This document shows positions 1 through 8,944 of a stretch of 57,490 nucleotides of DNA, piece after piece (positions within the stretch are counted from its first letter, which is position 1; every line of letters starts with the position of its first letter). The stretch is taken from contig CAZERY010000001.1 of the NCBI GenBank assembly GCA_964514915.1, forward strand, positions 1 through 57,490, read 5' to 3'. Origin of the DNA: an uncultured Hymenobacter sp. (GTDB lineage Bacteria > Bacteroidota > Bacteroidia > Cytophagales > Hymenobacteraceae). The position numbers and the translations under genes were made by a program. The notes under the pieces are model-generated. The model ran no database searches, had not been told where the DNA came from, and saw only the letters and a list, made by a program, of their open reading frames with translations.

Positions 1-2
1 TC

Positions 3-449
3 GCCTACATGCGCGGCCGCACGCTCAACAACGCCTTCGTGCTGCTCGACGAGGCGCAGAATACCACGCCCTCGCAGATTAAGATGTTCCTGACCCGCAT
101 GGGCCCGAGCGCCAAGGTGATGGTAAACGGCGACCGCAGCCAGATTGACTTGCCCACCCGCCAGAAGTCGGGCCTGATGCAGGCGCTTGATATTTTGCGC
201 GATGTGCGTGGTATCGGCTACGTTGAGATGACGGCCGAAGACGTAGTGCGCCACCGCCTGGTGAAAGACATCGTGCAGGCCTACGACAAGTTTGACGTGA
301 GCGAGCAGCACCGCGAGGCCGAGTTTAAGCAGCGCCGCCGCGAAGGCAACGACCGCCCCAACGGCAATGAGCGCTACGATCGCGACCGTCGCCCCGCTAT
401 CGACACCTCCGATACGGAGCTGCCTGTGAACCACGAGCAGGCGCTGTAA
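3..449 (+). CDS. phoH: PhoH family ATPase, 5'-truncated by window edge
   Basis: AYMRGRTLNNAFVLLDEAQNTT, GDRSQIDLP and DVVRHRLV are PhoH C-terminal motifs; frame is open to the window start. Confidence 0.93.
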   Translation, partial: AYMRGRTLNNAFVLLDEAQNTTPSQIKMFLTRMGPSAKVMVNGDRSQIDLPTRQKSGLMQALDILRDVRGIGYVEMTAEDVVRHRLVKDIVQAYDKFDVSEQHREAEFKQRRREGNDRPNGNERYDRDRRPAIDTSDTELPVNHEQAL

Positions 450-472
450 GCACCGCGTAGCTACGCAAGTAT

Positions 473-503
473 AAAAGCCTCGGCCGCCGGTCGAGGCTTT
501 TTT
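473..503 (+). terminator. Rho-independent terminator after phoH
   Basis: AAAAGCCTCGGCC-GCC-GGTCGAGGCTTTT stem (one G-U pair) followed by T run. Confidence 0.8.
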
Positions 504-608
504 ATGGGGTGTAGTAGGTGTCATAAGGTGGCTAGCCAATCGGTGTTTGGCTGCTGCCAGCCACGGGTGAGTACCTTGAGCGTGAAAGCACTGCCTATTC
601 CCAAATCC

Positions 609-1631
609 ATGCAAAAACTCATTTTTCTCAGCTTATTCCTGCTCGGTGGCTCGCTCCATAGCTGGGGCCAAAAGGGAGCGAGCAGCGCGCTGGTAACTCC
701 CCGTATGCGGGTGATTGTGGACAACGACTTTAGCGGCGACCCCGATGGCTTGTTCCAGCTGACGCACCTGCTGCTGTCGCCTTCGGTGGAGATTCGGGCC
801 ATTATCGGCTCGCACCTGAAAGTGGGCGATGGGTTTGATAACTCGCCCACGCAGGCCGACAATGCCGCCAAGCAGGCTACGCAAGTACTCCAGCTCCTGC
901 ACCTGGCGGGCAAAATCCCCGTCTTGGCCGGCGCCAATACGGGCATGGGGAACGACAGTACCCCGGTGCGCAGTGCGGGTGTCGATTTTATCATTCGGGA
1001 GGCCCTGCGCACCGATACGACGCTGCCGCTTTATGTGCTGTGCGGAGCGGGGCTGACCGAAATTGCCTCGGCCACCCTCACCGAGCCACGCATCGCCGAT
1101 AAGCTCAGGCTGGTCTGGATTGGCGGGCCGGAGTATCCCGACCTGGCTTTGCCGCCTCCGCACTATACGCCGCTCGAGTATAACCTGGGCATCGACCTCG
1201 CGGCGGCGCGGGCCGTGTTCAACCGCACGCGCCTGCCGCTGTGGCAGGTGCCGCGCAATGCCTACCGGCAGGTGCTGCTTTCGTACGCTCAGCTGCGCAC
1301 GCAGGTGCAGCCCCGCGGAGCTATTGGCAAGTATTTGAGCGGCTCGGTGGAAAGCCTGATGGCCCGGCTGCCGAACTATCACCTCAACATCGGCGAAACC
1401 TATATCCTGGGCGATAGCCCGCTGGTGCTACTCACGGCGCTGCAATCTTCTTTCGAAGCCGACCCCTCTTCCAGCGAGTATGTGCTGCGGCCCGCCCCCC
1501 GGCTCACGGCGCAGGGCACGTACGAATTTGCGCCCGGCGCCCGGCTTATCCGGGTATACCAGCGTCTGGATACGTTCTTGCTGCTCGCTGATTTTTTTGC
1601 TAAACTCGAATTAATTAACCTCCAGCGTTAG
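609..1631 (+). CDS. Nucleoside hydrolase family protein (IU-NH fold) with signal peptide
   Basis: VIVDNDFSGDPDG Asp-rich N-terminal motif, GAGLTEIA, LVWIGG, EYNLGID; signal peptide MQKLIFLSLFLLGG from ATG 609. Confidence 0.75.
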   Translation: MQKLIFLSLFLLGGSLHSWGQKGASSALVTPRMRVIVDNDFSGDPDGLFQLTHLLLSPSVEIRAIIGSHLKVGDGFDNSPTQADNAAKQATQVLQLLHLAGKIPVLAGANTGMGNDSTPVRSAGVDFIIREALRTDTTLPLYVLCGAGLTEIASATLTEPRIADKLRLVWIGGPEYPDLALPPPHYTPLEYNLGIDLAAARAVFNRTRLPLWQVPRNAYRQVLLSYAQLRTQVQPRGAIGKYLSGSVESLMARLPNYHLNIGETYILGDSPLVLLTALQSSFEADPSSSEYVLRPAPRLTAQGTYEFAPGARLIRVYQRLDTFLLLADFFAKLELINLQR

Positions 1632-1726
1632 CGCTAGGCTAGCCTGCTAAAAAGCAGCCTGCTACCTAACGAAGTTAGCTAAGAAAAAAAAGTTGTCATG
1701 TAAAAAAAAGAATGAAATATTGAACA

Positions 1727-1734
1727 TAACTTTG
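1727..1734 (+). promoter_or_regulatory. Bacteroidota sigma-A -7 element TAACTTTG
   Basis: Matches TAnnTTTG in an AT-rich intergenic region 55 nt upstream of ATG 1790. Confidence 0.55.
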
Positions 1735-1789
1735 CAAGACTATCTGTTACTATCTGCTCTTCTAGCCCTTCTGCCACTCTTTTTCTGTT

Positions 1790-2434
1790 ATGCAAAATCA
1801 CTACCTACTGGGTGCCCTTGCGCTGCTGGGTGCGCTTAGCCAAGCTACCAGCGCCCATGCCCAGGCGGAGTACGCCCGCCCGCAAGTGGCTACGCCTTTC
1901 GCACCGCCTGCCGAGCCCTTCCATGTGGCCTACCTGCGGGTAGGTGTCGGCTCGACCTCCGATGCCCTGAATGGATACCGTTGCGCGCACCTCTCCCTTG
2001 AGTACGCGCCGATGCTTACTACTCACGTGGGCCTAGCCAGCCGGATGGCCGGAGTGGTGGGCAAGCCTTCAGACTGCCTGGAAAAGCAATTGCCCAACCA
2101 GAACTACAAAGCGGCTTATCTGGAGCAGGAAGCACTATTTTATCCCCTTGGCAACAACCGTCGGGTGCAGTTTGCCGTCGGAGCTGGTGGCTTTGCGGGT
2201 TACTACAAAAAGAATAGCGTCGACTATACGGAAGCCTCAGAAGGCCACCTGACCGACTACCGGCTAGTCTCCTACCAGGGGGTGCACGCCGGGTACCTGG
2301 GGTCGCTCAACCTGGGAGTGGGCCTGGGCTCGCAGCAGCATTGGCAGGTCGGGTTCAGGGCAATAGTGCAAAATGGGGTGAGCACCAGCGCTACTATTTT
2401 CACCCACACCCTTACCGTCGGGCATCGCCTATAG
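1790..2434 (+). CDS. Hypothetical secreted protein, probable outer-membrane beta-barrel
   Basis: Signal peptide ending AHA-Q; alternating beta-strand pattern (FAVGAGGFAGYY, WQVGFRA, LTVGHRL). Confidence 0.6.
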   Translation: MQNHYLLGALALLGALSQATSAHAQAEYARPQVATPFAPPAEPFHVAYLRVGVGSTSDALNGYRCAHLSLEYAPMLTTHVGLASRMAGVVGKPSDCLEKQLPNQNYKAAYLEQEALFYPLGNNRRVQFAVGAGGFAGYYKKNSVDYTEASEGHLTDYRLVSYQGVHAGYLGSLNLGVGLGSQQHWQVGFRAIVQNGVSTSATIFTHTLTVGHRL

Positions 2435-2725
2435 GCAGTGGCGAAGGGGAATAACCAAGGTGCTTAAAGCTGCCCGGCAAGGTAGGCAGCGGCGTAGCTC
2501 GGTGCAGGTTGGACTATCTCGTTGGTGCCTTGTAGCGGTTCTCAGGTTGCTGCCCAGGTCCGGGCTAGCGAGTTGTCTCACGCAGCTCTTGAAGAGCCGA
2601 CTCCCGTTCCGAAAAGGCGAGAGAACCGAACGATTACAACGCGTACCCTAACCTGAGAGCTGCTTTAAATACGCGCTCAAAGCAGATATTTGTCGGCCAA
2701 TCAAGTTCCTTGCCCGCCGCCACCC

Positions 2726-3160
2726 ATGATTACCATTGAAAAAATAACCAACCTGCGCGACCTCGACGCGGCCTTCACTATTCGCGAGGAAGTATTTGTG
2801 CACGGCCAAAACGTGCCGGCCGATGAGGAATATGACGCCCACGACCGCACCGCTACTACCCGCCACTACCTGGCTCGCGTTGATGAGCAGCCGGCCGGCG
2901 CCGCCCGCTGGCGCCCTACCGAGCACGGCGTGAAACTAGAGCGCTTTGCAGTGCTCGCTGGTTTTCGCAACCAAGGCGTGGGCGAGGCGCTGGTACACCA
3001 GGTGTTAGCCGACGTGCGAGCCGAGGCCCCCGATGCGGCCCAGGTGTACATGCACGCGCAGCTGCGCGCCATTCCACTCTACGAGCGCACCGGCTTCCGC
3101 AAAGTAGGGGAGCTATTCGAGGAATGTGACATTCAACACTACAAAATGGTCTTGGGGTAG
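2726..3160 (+). CDS. GNAT N-acetyltransferase (ElaA/YjcF-like)
   Basis: IREEVFV..Q, KLERFAV, FRNQGVG acetyl-CoA motif, HAQ..AIPLYE..GF, F.E..I.H..M. Confidence 0.9.
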   Translation: MITIEKITNLRDLDAAFTIREEVFVHGQNVPADEEYDAHDRTATTRHYLARVDEQPAGAARWRPTEHGVKLERFAVLAGFRNQGVGEALVHQVLADVRAEAPDAAQVYMHAQLRAIPLYERTGFRKVGELFEECDIQHYKMVLG

Positions 3161-3209
3161 TAGCGTAGAGAGGCAGCTATATTGCACTGCTTTTTGGTAG
3201 CTGTGTTAT

Positions 3210-5504
3210 ATGGTTCAGTGGTCTGCCGCACCTTTCCTCCGCCTGGCGCTGGCCTTTATGCTAGGCATTGTGGCCTATCTCTACTTGGGCCAAAGCTGGG
3301 CAAGTAGCGCCGTGCCGTGGGCTGTGGGGCTAGTTGGCCTATTTGCGCTAAGCTGGTGGGGAAGTCAGCGGCGGGCCAGCCCCGCCGCCACTGACGCCGC
3401 GGGCCTCCTCGGGCTGCTGGCCGTGGTAGCGCTGGGGTTTGCCCGCAGCCAGGCCGCGACCGAAAGCCGCCGGGCCGACCACCTGGGGCGGGTTGCGCCG
3501 CGCATCGAATTTTACCGGGCCACCGTCGACGAGCCAGCCGTGGTGCGGGCTACTACCTACGCCACTACCGTGCGGGTGCAGGCCGTGCGCATAGGTGGCC
3601 GCTGGCAGGCGGCCACCGGTGGCATTCGCATCAGCCTGCCGCGCCACGCAATGACCGCCGTGCCCGCTCCCCGCTACGGCGAAGTATGGCTGGTGCAGGG
3701 CGCGCCCCAGCCCAACAAGGGCCCTGCCAACCTGGGCGAGTTTGATTACCGCCGTTACCTCGAGTACCACCAGGTGTATCACGCGCACTTTGTGCGCCCG
3801 GGTCAGTATCAAGTACTAGGCCACGAGCCGCTTAGTCTGCTGGTGGCTACCAGTCAGCGAGCAGCCGGCGTGCTCGACGGCGTGCTGCGGCACTACGTGC
3901 CCGGTACTCGCGAGTACGCGTTGGGCACGGCCCTGGTGCTGGGCTTTAAGGATGACATCGACCAGGAAACCCGGCAAGCCTACGCCAACACCGGCACCAC
4001 GCACATTATGGCCGTGTCGGGCTTGCAGGTGGGGCTGCTGTTTGCGGCGCTGCAATGGCTGCTGGTGTGGGTGCCGCTGGGCGGCTCGGCACTGCGGCGG
4101 CGCTTGCTCACGGCCGGCCTGGGGCTAGGGCTGATTTGGAGCTACGCCTTCCTGACGGGGCTTTCGCCGTCGGTGCTGCGGGCCACGGCCATGCTTACGC
4201 TCGTCATGGTGGCGCAGGCCTGGGAGCGCCAGAGCAGCATCTTCAACACGCTGAGTGCCGCCGCGTTTTTGCTGCTGCTCTGGAACCCGTACCTGCTCTG
4301 CGATGTGGGTTTTCAGCTCTCCTTTCTGGCCGTGCTCGGCATCGTGTACCTGCACCCGCGCATCGTGCGCTGGCTCGCTGTGCGCTCGTACCTGCTTGGC
4401 CAGCAGCGGAGCTGGCACCCGTCGCTGGTGCGGCGCTGGTGGCGGGCTGCCGCCTGGCTAGCCGATGCGGCCTGGCAGCTTACGGCGCTCTCCATAGCCG
4501 CCCAAGTCGCCACCTTCCCGCTGGGCTTGTACTACTTCCACCAGTTCCCCTTCAACTTTTTGCTGTCCAACCTTATCGCGGTGCCCATTTCGAGCCTGGC
4601 GGTGTACGTGGGCGTAGTGCTGCTGCTGGTTAAGGGGCTGACGGCCGCGGTAACGCTGGCGTTGCCGGCTGGCCTGGGCCCGGGGCTCGACCGGCTGCCG
4701 CAGGCGGTGGGCTGGGTATTTGAAAAGCTGGTCTGGCTCTTCAATGAGTACATTTTCTGGATTGGCCGGCGGCTGCCGGGGGCGGTGGTGGGTGGCCTGC
4801 ACCTCAGCCCGGAGCAAGCGTTGCTCATCTTCTTGAGTATGCTGGCGGGCTGCGTTTTTATAGCCTCGCGCCGGCTAGGTTGGGCGGGCGGAGTGGTAGC
4901 GCTGCTGGCCCTTTACGGGAGCAGCCGGGTGGCCGAAGCCTACGCCGTAGCCCCGGTGAGCGAGTTTGTGGTCTATAGCGTGCCGCACCGCTCGGTAGTG
5001 GGCTTTTGGCAGGGGGCGGCCGTTGAGTTTGCCACCGCCGACTCGTTGCCGCTCTCCCAAGCCGAGCGTACCTATCGCCTCCAACCCGGCCTGATACTGC
5101 GCCGCGTGCGCCAGCCGCGCTACTGCGTGGGGTGGCGCGGCGCCACGGTGCCCGTGTGCCAAGTGGCCCCGCCCGACAGCGCCGAAGCTACTCGCCGCTA
5201 CCCACCTGCCCCGCTGGTGCTGGCGCGCTGGCGCGGCTTGCGCGTAGCTTTTGTGAGCGGTAACCTGCGCCGGCTAGCCGCCACCGCGCCCACCCAGCCG
5301 GCCGATGTGGTCGTGCTGCGCCGCAACCCACACCTTTACCCCGACGCGCTGGCCGCGCACTTTGGCCGCCGGGCCCGCGTGGTGTTCGACTCGTCGTGCC
5401 AGCGCTGGTACGTGGCCCGCCAAGACTCGGCTTTGCGCGCCGCCGGCTTTCGCACCTGGGACGTGAGCGAGCAGGGCGCCTTTACCCAGCCGGTAGCCGA
5501 ATAA
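3210..5504 (+). CDS. comEC: ComEC/Rec2 family competence protein
   Basis: N.GEFDY..YL, G..HIMAVSGL, G.SPSVLRA, DVGFQLSFLA, YYFHQFP..FLLSNL; many TM segments. Confidence 0.92.
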   Translation: MVQWSAAPFLRLALAFMLGIVAYLYLGQSWASSAVPWAVGLVGLFALSWWGSQRRASPAATDAAGLLGLLAVVALGFARSQAATESRRADHLGRVAPRIEFYRATVDEPAVVRATTYATTVRVQAVRIGGRWQAATGGIRISLPRHAMTAVPAPRYGEVWLVQGAPQPNKGPANLGEFDYRRYLEYHQVYHAHFVRPGQYQVLGHEPLSLLVATSQRAAGVLDGVLRHYVPGTREYALGTALVLGFKDDIDQETRQAYANTGTTHIMAVSGLQVGLLFAALQWLLVWVPLGGSALRRRLLTAGLGLGLIWSYAFLTGLSPSVLRATAMLTLVMVAQAWERQSSIFNTLSAAAFLLLLWNPYLLCDVGFQLSFLAVLGIVYLHPRIVRWLAVRSYLLGQQRSWHPSLVRRWWRAAAWLADAAWQLTALSIAAQVATFPLGLYYFHQFPFNFLLSNLIAVPISSLAVYVGVVLLLVKGLTAAVTLALPAGLGPGLDRLPQAVGWVFEKLVWLFNEYIFWIGRRLPGAVVGGLHLSPEQALLIFLSMLAGCVFIASRRLGWAGGVVALLALYGSSRVAEAYAVAPVSEFVVYSVPHRSVVGFWQGAAVEFATADSLPLSQAERTYRLQPGLILRRVRQPRYCVGWRGATVPVCQVAPPDSAEATRRYPPAPLVLARWRGLRVAFVSGNLRRLAATAPTQPADVVVLRRNPHLYPDALAAHFGRRARVVFDSSCQRWYVARQDSALRAAGFRTWDVSEQGAFTQPVAE

Positions 5505-5621
5505 AGCCAGGCGGTGCGGTAAACCGACGAATTCCCTCTGGGTTACCCTTTGGAAGAATGACTAGGGTGCCGATGGCCCAAGCTAAGCCAACCCGCCGAT
5601 TCCGCCGTATTTTGCTACCCC

Positions 5622-6428
5622 ATGACCGACTACCCCACCCCGGAACTAGACACCCTACGCTTTCTGCAATACGAAACGCAGGGCCGCCTAGCCTACATCA
5701 CCCTGAATCGCCCCGCCAAGCGCAATGCGCTCAGCGCCAATGTAGTCACCGAGCTAAAGCAGGCCTTCGAGCAAGCCGAAGCCGACGATAACGTCAAAGT
5801 CGTGATCCTGCGTGCCACCGGTGACGTATTCTGCGCCGGCGCCGACCTCAAGTATTTACAAGAGCTGCAAGACAATACTTACCAGGAAAATCTGGCCGAC
5901 AGCACGCACCTCATGCAGCTGTTTTACCAAATTTATACCCTCAAAAAAGTCGTGATCGGCCAGGTGCAGGGCCACGCCCTGGCCGGCGGCTGCGGGCTAG
6001 CTACGCTCTGCGACTTCACCTTCGCCGTACCCGAAGCCAACTTTGGCTATACGGAAGTGAAAATTGGTTTTTTGCCCGCCGTAGTAAGCGTATTTCTGCT
6101 GCGCCGCATTGGTGAGGCGCGCACCAAGCAGCTGCTGCTGAGCGGCGATATCTTTACCGCCCAGCAAGCCCTTGACTATGGGCTCATTACGTTTGTGGTC
6201 GAGCGTGACCAGCTGGAAGATGCCGTGCGCGACTATGCCCTGCGCCTAGCCCGCGAAAACTCCGCCCACAGCATGGAAATTACCAAGGAAATGCTGGCCC
6301 GCCTACCCGAGCTCGACCTTGAAGAAGGCCTGCGCTATGCCGCCGAGCGCAACGCCGATGCCCGCGCCTCCGAAGACTGCCGCCGCGGCATTGCCGCGTT
6401 CCTGAATAAAGAAAAGATTGAGTGGTAG
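5622..6428 (+). CDS. Enoyl-CoA hydratase/isomerase family (methylglutaconyl-CoA hydratase-like)
   Basis: ITLNRP.KRNALS, FCAGADL, GHALAGGCGL, TEVKIG, GIAAFLNK. Confidence 0.9.
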   Translation: MTDYPTPELDTLRFLQYETQGRLAYITLNRPAKRNALSANVVTELKQAFEQAEADDNVKVVILRATGDVFCAGADLKYLQELQDNTYQENLADSTHLMQLFYQIYTLKKVVIGQVQGHALAGGCGLATLCDFTFAVPEANFGYTEVKIGFLPAVVSVFLLRRIGEARTKQLLLSGDIFTAQQALDYGLITFVVERDQLEDAVRDYALRLARENSAHSMEITKEMLARLPELDLEEGLRYAAERNADARASEDCRRGIAAFLNKEKIEW

Positions 6429-6437
6429 ATTTAATTC

Positions 6438-6534
6438 AGCTGTTGGCTCATAGCTGCTGGCTGTTAGCTTTTTGAACAAAAAGTGAGCACAAGCCAAACA
6501 AAAGCTAGCCGCCAACAGCTATAAGCTAATGGTT
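6438..6534. repeat. Inverted arrays of degenerate 7-bp tandem repeats (RGCTNNT ... ANNAGCT)
   Basis: Left: AGCTGTT GGCTCAT AGCTGCT GGCTGTT AGCTTTT; right: AAAAGCT AGCCGCC AACAGCT ATAAGCT AATGGTT. Confidence 0.6.
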
Positions 6535-6996
6535 AACTTATTTATTGTTCTTGCCACCTTCGCCTTTATGGAGTTTTGGGCGTGGTTTATGCACAAATAC
6601 GTGCAGCATGGGCCGCTGTGGGTGCTGCACCGCTCGCACCACGTGCGGCCCAGCCCGCGGCCATTTGAGCGCAACGACTGGTTTTTTGCTATCTACGGAG
6701 CCATCTCAGCGCTACTGTTCATTATTGGTGCCAATAGGCAGCACTGGTGGTTTTGGGTGGGAGTAGGCATTGCGTCCTATGGCTCAGTATACTTTCTGGT
6801 GCACGACGGCTTAATCCACGGCCGGCTGCCCTTCTGGAAAAAAACTGACAACACCTACCTGCGGGCGCTCAATATGGCCCACAAGATGCACCATAAGACC
6901 CAGGGGCGCGATCACTCCGAAGAATTTGGTCTTTTGTGGGTGTCGCCCAAATACTTGCGTCTGGCGCGCCGGCAAGCTGCCCGTAAGGCTAGCTAG
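6529..6996 (+). CDS. crtZ: Beta-carotene hydroxylase
   Basis: ME..AW..HKYV.HG.LW.LHRSHH, FERND.F, YFLVHDGLIH.R, AHKMHH histidine boxes. Confidence 0.93.
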   Translation: MVNLFIVLATFAFMEFWAWFMHKYVQHGPLWVLHRSHHVRPSPRPFERNDWFFAIYGAISALLFIIGANRQHWWFWVGVGIASYGSVYFLVHDGLIHGRLPFWKKTDNTYLRALNMAHKMHHKTQGRDHSEEFGLLWVSPKYLRLARRQAARKAS

Positions 6997-7155
6997 CCCT
7001 AGCCTAAACTATTTCAGGGCCTTCAGGATTAATAGCAAAGACGTGATGAGGTTAATTTAGCAGTTCGGTAACGTCTCTGATTTATTAGCTCTTCCTTGCC
7101 AAAGTCGCGTTAGCCGCTGACACTAGCATCCTATCCTTTTCCTAAAATTATCCTC

Positions 7156-8076
7156 GTGGCCCGTTATTCTATCAGCGATCTGGAGCAGCTTTCCGGTGTG
7201 AAAGCGCATACCATTCGCATCTGGGAGCAGCGCTATAACCTGCTGCATCCCAGTCGTACTGCTACTAATATTCGTACCTACGGCGAGTCTGACCTGCGCC
7301 GCCTGCTCAACGTGGCTACCCTTTGTGGGCAGGGCCAGCGCATTTCGCACGTAGTGCGTCTGAGCGAAGAAGAGTGCCAAGCCGCTGCGCTAGCTCTCTG
7401 CAACGAGGTGAACCCCGCCGACTACGCTCGCATCAATGCGCTGCAAACGGCCGCTCTTGACCTCGACGAACCCCGCCTGCATCATCTCTTCGACGAAGCC
7501 ATGAGCGAGCTGGGGCCTGAAGAGGCCACCCTGCGCCTCGGCTACCCGCTCCTCCAGCGCCTCGGCGTATCGTGGAAGGCTGGCTCACTCAGCGTCGCCC
7601 AGGAGCGCCTCGTAACGCAGCTGCTACGCCAAGAGCTGCTGGCTTCGGCCGACACCCTGCCGCTCATCCCGCTGGCCCAGACCGAAGCCAAGCGCTGGTT
7701 GCTTTTCCTGCCCGAGGGTGAATGGCAGGAGCTGGCCCTGCTTTTTATGAACTACGCCTTGCGGGCCCGTGGCCAGCAGGTACTATACCTGGGGCCTAAC
7801 CTGGCACTACCCGACGTACTGGCCGCGGCCCAAGCCTTTCGCCCCACGGTGCTGGCTACCGTGCTCACCACAGTGCCCGCCCGCAACCAAGTAGCCACCT
7901 ATGCCGCCGAGCTGCACCAGCACTACCCCCAGGCGACGCTGTTACTTTTTGGTGCGCTGGCTGTGCAGGCCACTGGCCTCCCCGAAGGCTGCCTGCAGCT
8001 CAATTGCCTGCACGAGTTTCGGGATTTAATTCCCTTTGTAAGTCAAGACTTTACGCCAGAATTCGTAGAAAAATAA
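7156..8076 (+). CDS. MerR-family regulator, LitR/CarH-like (HTH plus degenerate B12-binding domain)
   Basis: YSISDLEQLSGVKAHTIRIWEQRY..L.P.RT.TNIR.Y HTH; W-x9-E(R), LPEGE and V.YLG.NL Rossmann segment; located within the crt cluster. Confidence 0.88.
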   Translation: MARYSISDLEQLSGVKAHTIRIWEQRYNLLHPSRTATNIRTYGESDLRRLLNVATLCGQGQRISHVVRLSEEECQAAALALCNEVNPADYARINALQTAALDLDEPRLHHLFDEAMSELGPEEATLRLGYPLLQRLGVSWKAGSLSVAQERLVTQLLRQELLASADTLPLIPLAQTEAKRWLLFLPEGEWQELALLFMNYALRARGQQVLYLGPNLALPDVLAAAQAFRPTVLATVLTTVPARNQVATYAAELHQHYPQATLLLFGALAVQATGLPEGCLQLNCLHEFRDLIPFVSQDFTPEFVEK

Positions 8077-8189
8077 CGGATAAGCTGGGACTACTTTTGC
8101 TACCCTGCGTATTGCGGCGAGCCTGGGTTGTTTACTGGTTATGGTTGAAAAAACAGGCGGACTACAAGCCAACTTTCCCGCTTGTGGGT

Positions 8190-8197
8190 TATCTTTG
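8190..8197 (+). promoter_or_regulatory. Candidate -7 element TATCTTTG for the ECF sigma gene
   Basis: TAnnTTTG match 31 nt upstream of ATG 8229; a second match TACTTTTG lies at 8092-8099. Confidence 0.45.
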
Positions 8198-8228
8198 TTT
8201 AAGATTCTGCTACGAACCCTTCAACAAC

Positions 8229-8786
8229 ATGACTTCTCTGGAATTCACTTCCCAAGTGCAGAAAATATCGTCGTCGCTGCGCCCGGTAGCGATGAACCTC
8301 ACCCGCGATGCCGACGATGCCAAGGACCTAGTGCAGGAAACCTTGCTTAAAGCACTGCTTAACAAGGACAAATTTAAGGCTGGTACCAATTTGAAGGCGT
8401 GGTTGTACACCATCATGCGCAACACCTTCATTAACAATTATAACAAGATTACCAAGCGTAGCTCTAACATCGATTCGACGGAGTACTTCCAGTACTTCAA
8501 CACCGATGAGAACTACATCACGCACAACGGCGCCACTACCGATTTTGTGGTGCGCGACATCAACGAGGCCATCGCCAGCCTGGGCACCGACTACCGCACG
8601 CCCTTCATGATGTACTACATCGGCTACAAGTACCTGGAGATTGCCGAGAAGCTGCAAATTCCGATTGGTACCGTCAAAAACCGCATTCACATTGCCCGCA
8701 AGGACCTCAAAGCCGCGCTGCAGGTGTACGCGCCGGCCGGCGCCGACCGGGGCACCGGCGTGCTGGCCGACGAGGTTGAGGACTAA
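8229..8786 (+). CDS. ECF RNA polymerase sigma factor
   Basis: DAKDLVQET.LKA, KAWLYTIMRN region 2; Y.EIAEKLQIPIGTVKNRIH.AR region 4. Confidence 0.93.
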   Translation: MTSLEFTSQVQKISSSLRPVAMNLTRDADDAKDLVQETLLKALLNKDKFKAGTNLKAWLYTIMRNTFINNYNKITKRSSNIDSTEYFQYFNTDENYITHNGATTDFVVRDINEAIASLGTDYRTPFMMYYIGYKYLEIAEKLQIPIGTVKNRIHIARKDLKAALQVYAPAGADRGTGVLADEVED

Positions 8787-8805
8787 CTTGCCGCCGCGAA
8801 TACTG

Positions 8806-8845
8806 AAAGCCGCGCTTTCCGCTTGTTCGGGAGGCGCGGCTTTTT
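8806..8845 (+). terminator. Rho-independent terminator after ECF sigma
   Basis: AAAGCCGCGCTTTCC ... GGGAGGCGCGGCTTTTT. Confidence 0.75.
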
Positions 8846-8944
8846 GCATGAATGAGGATTTTGAAAAAGCACTGGCAGGGCAGTCAGCTCCCGCCGGCAA
8901 GGCCCGATTCAGACTTCGTACATTATAATTCATACCTAAAGAGA

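Noticed and set aside
2435..2725. Intergenic region as a possible ncRNA or riboswitch
   Set aside because: No recognisable conserved motif or convincing structure by eye; an Rfam search would be needed
8004..8228. N-terminal extensions given by the ORF track (sigma, crtI, mraZ, ftsZ, GH5 and others)
   Set aside because: They overlap promoters, terminators or repeats; downstream ATGs fit family starts better
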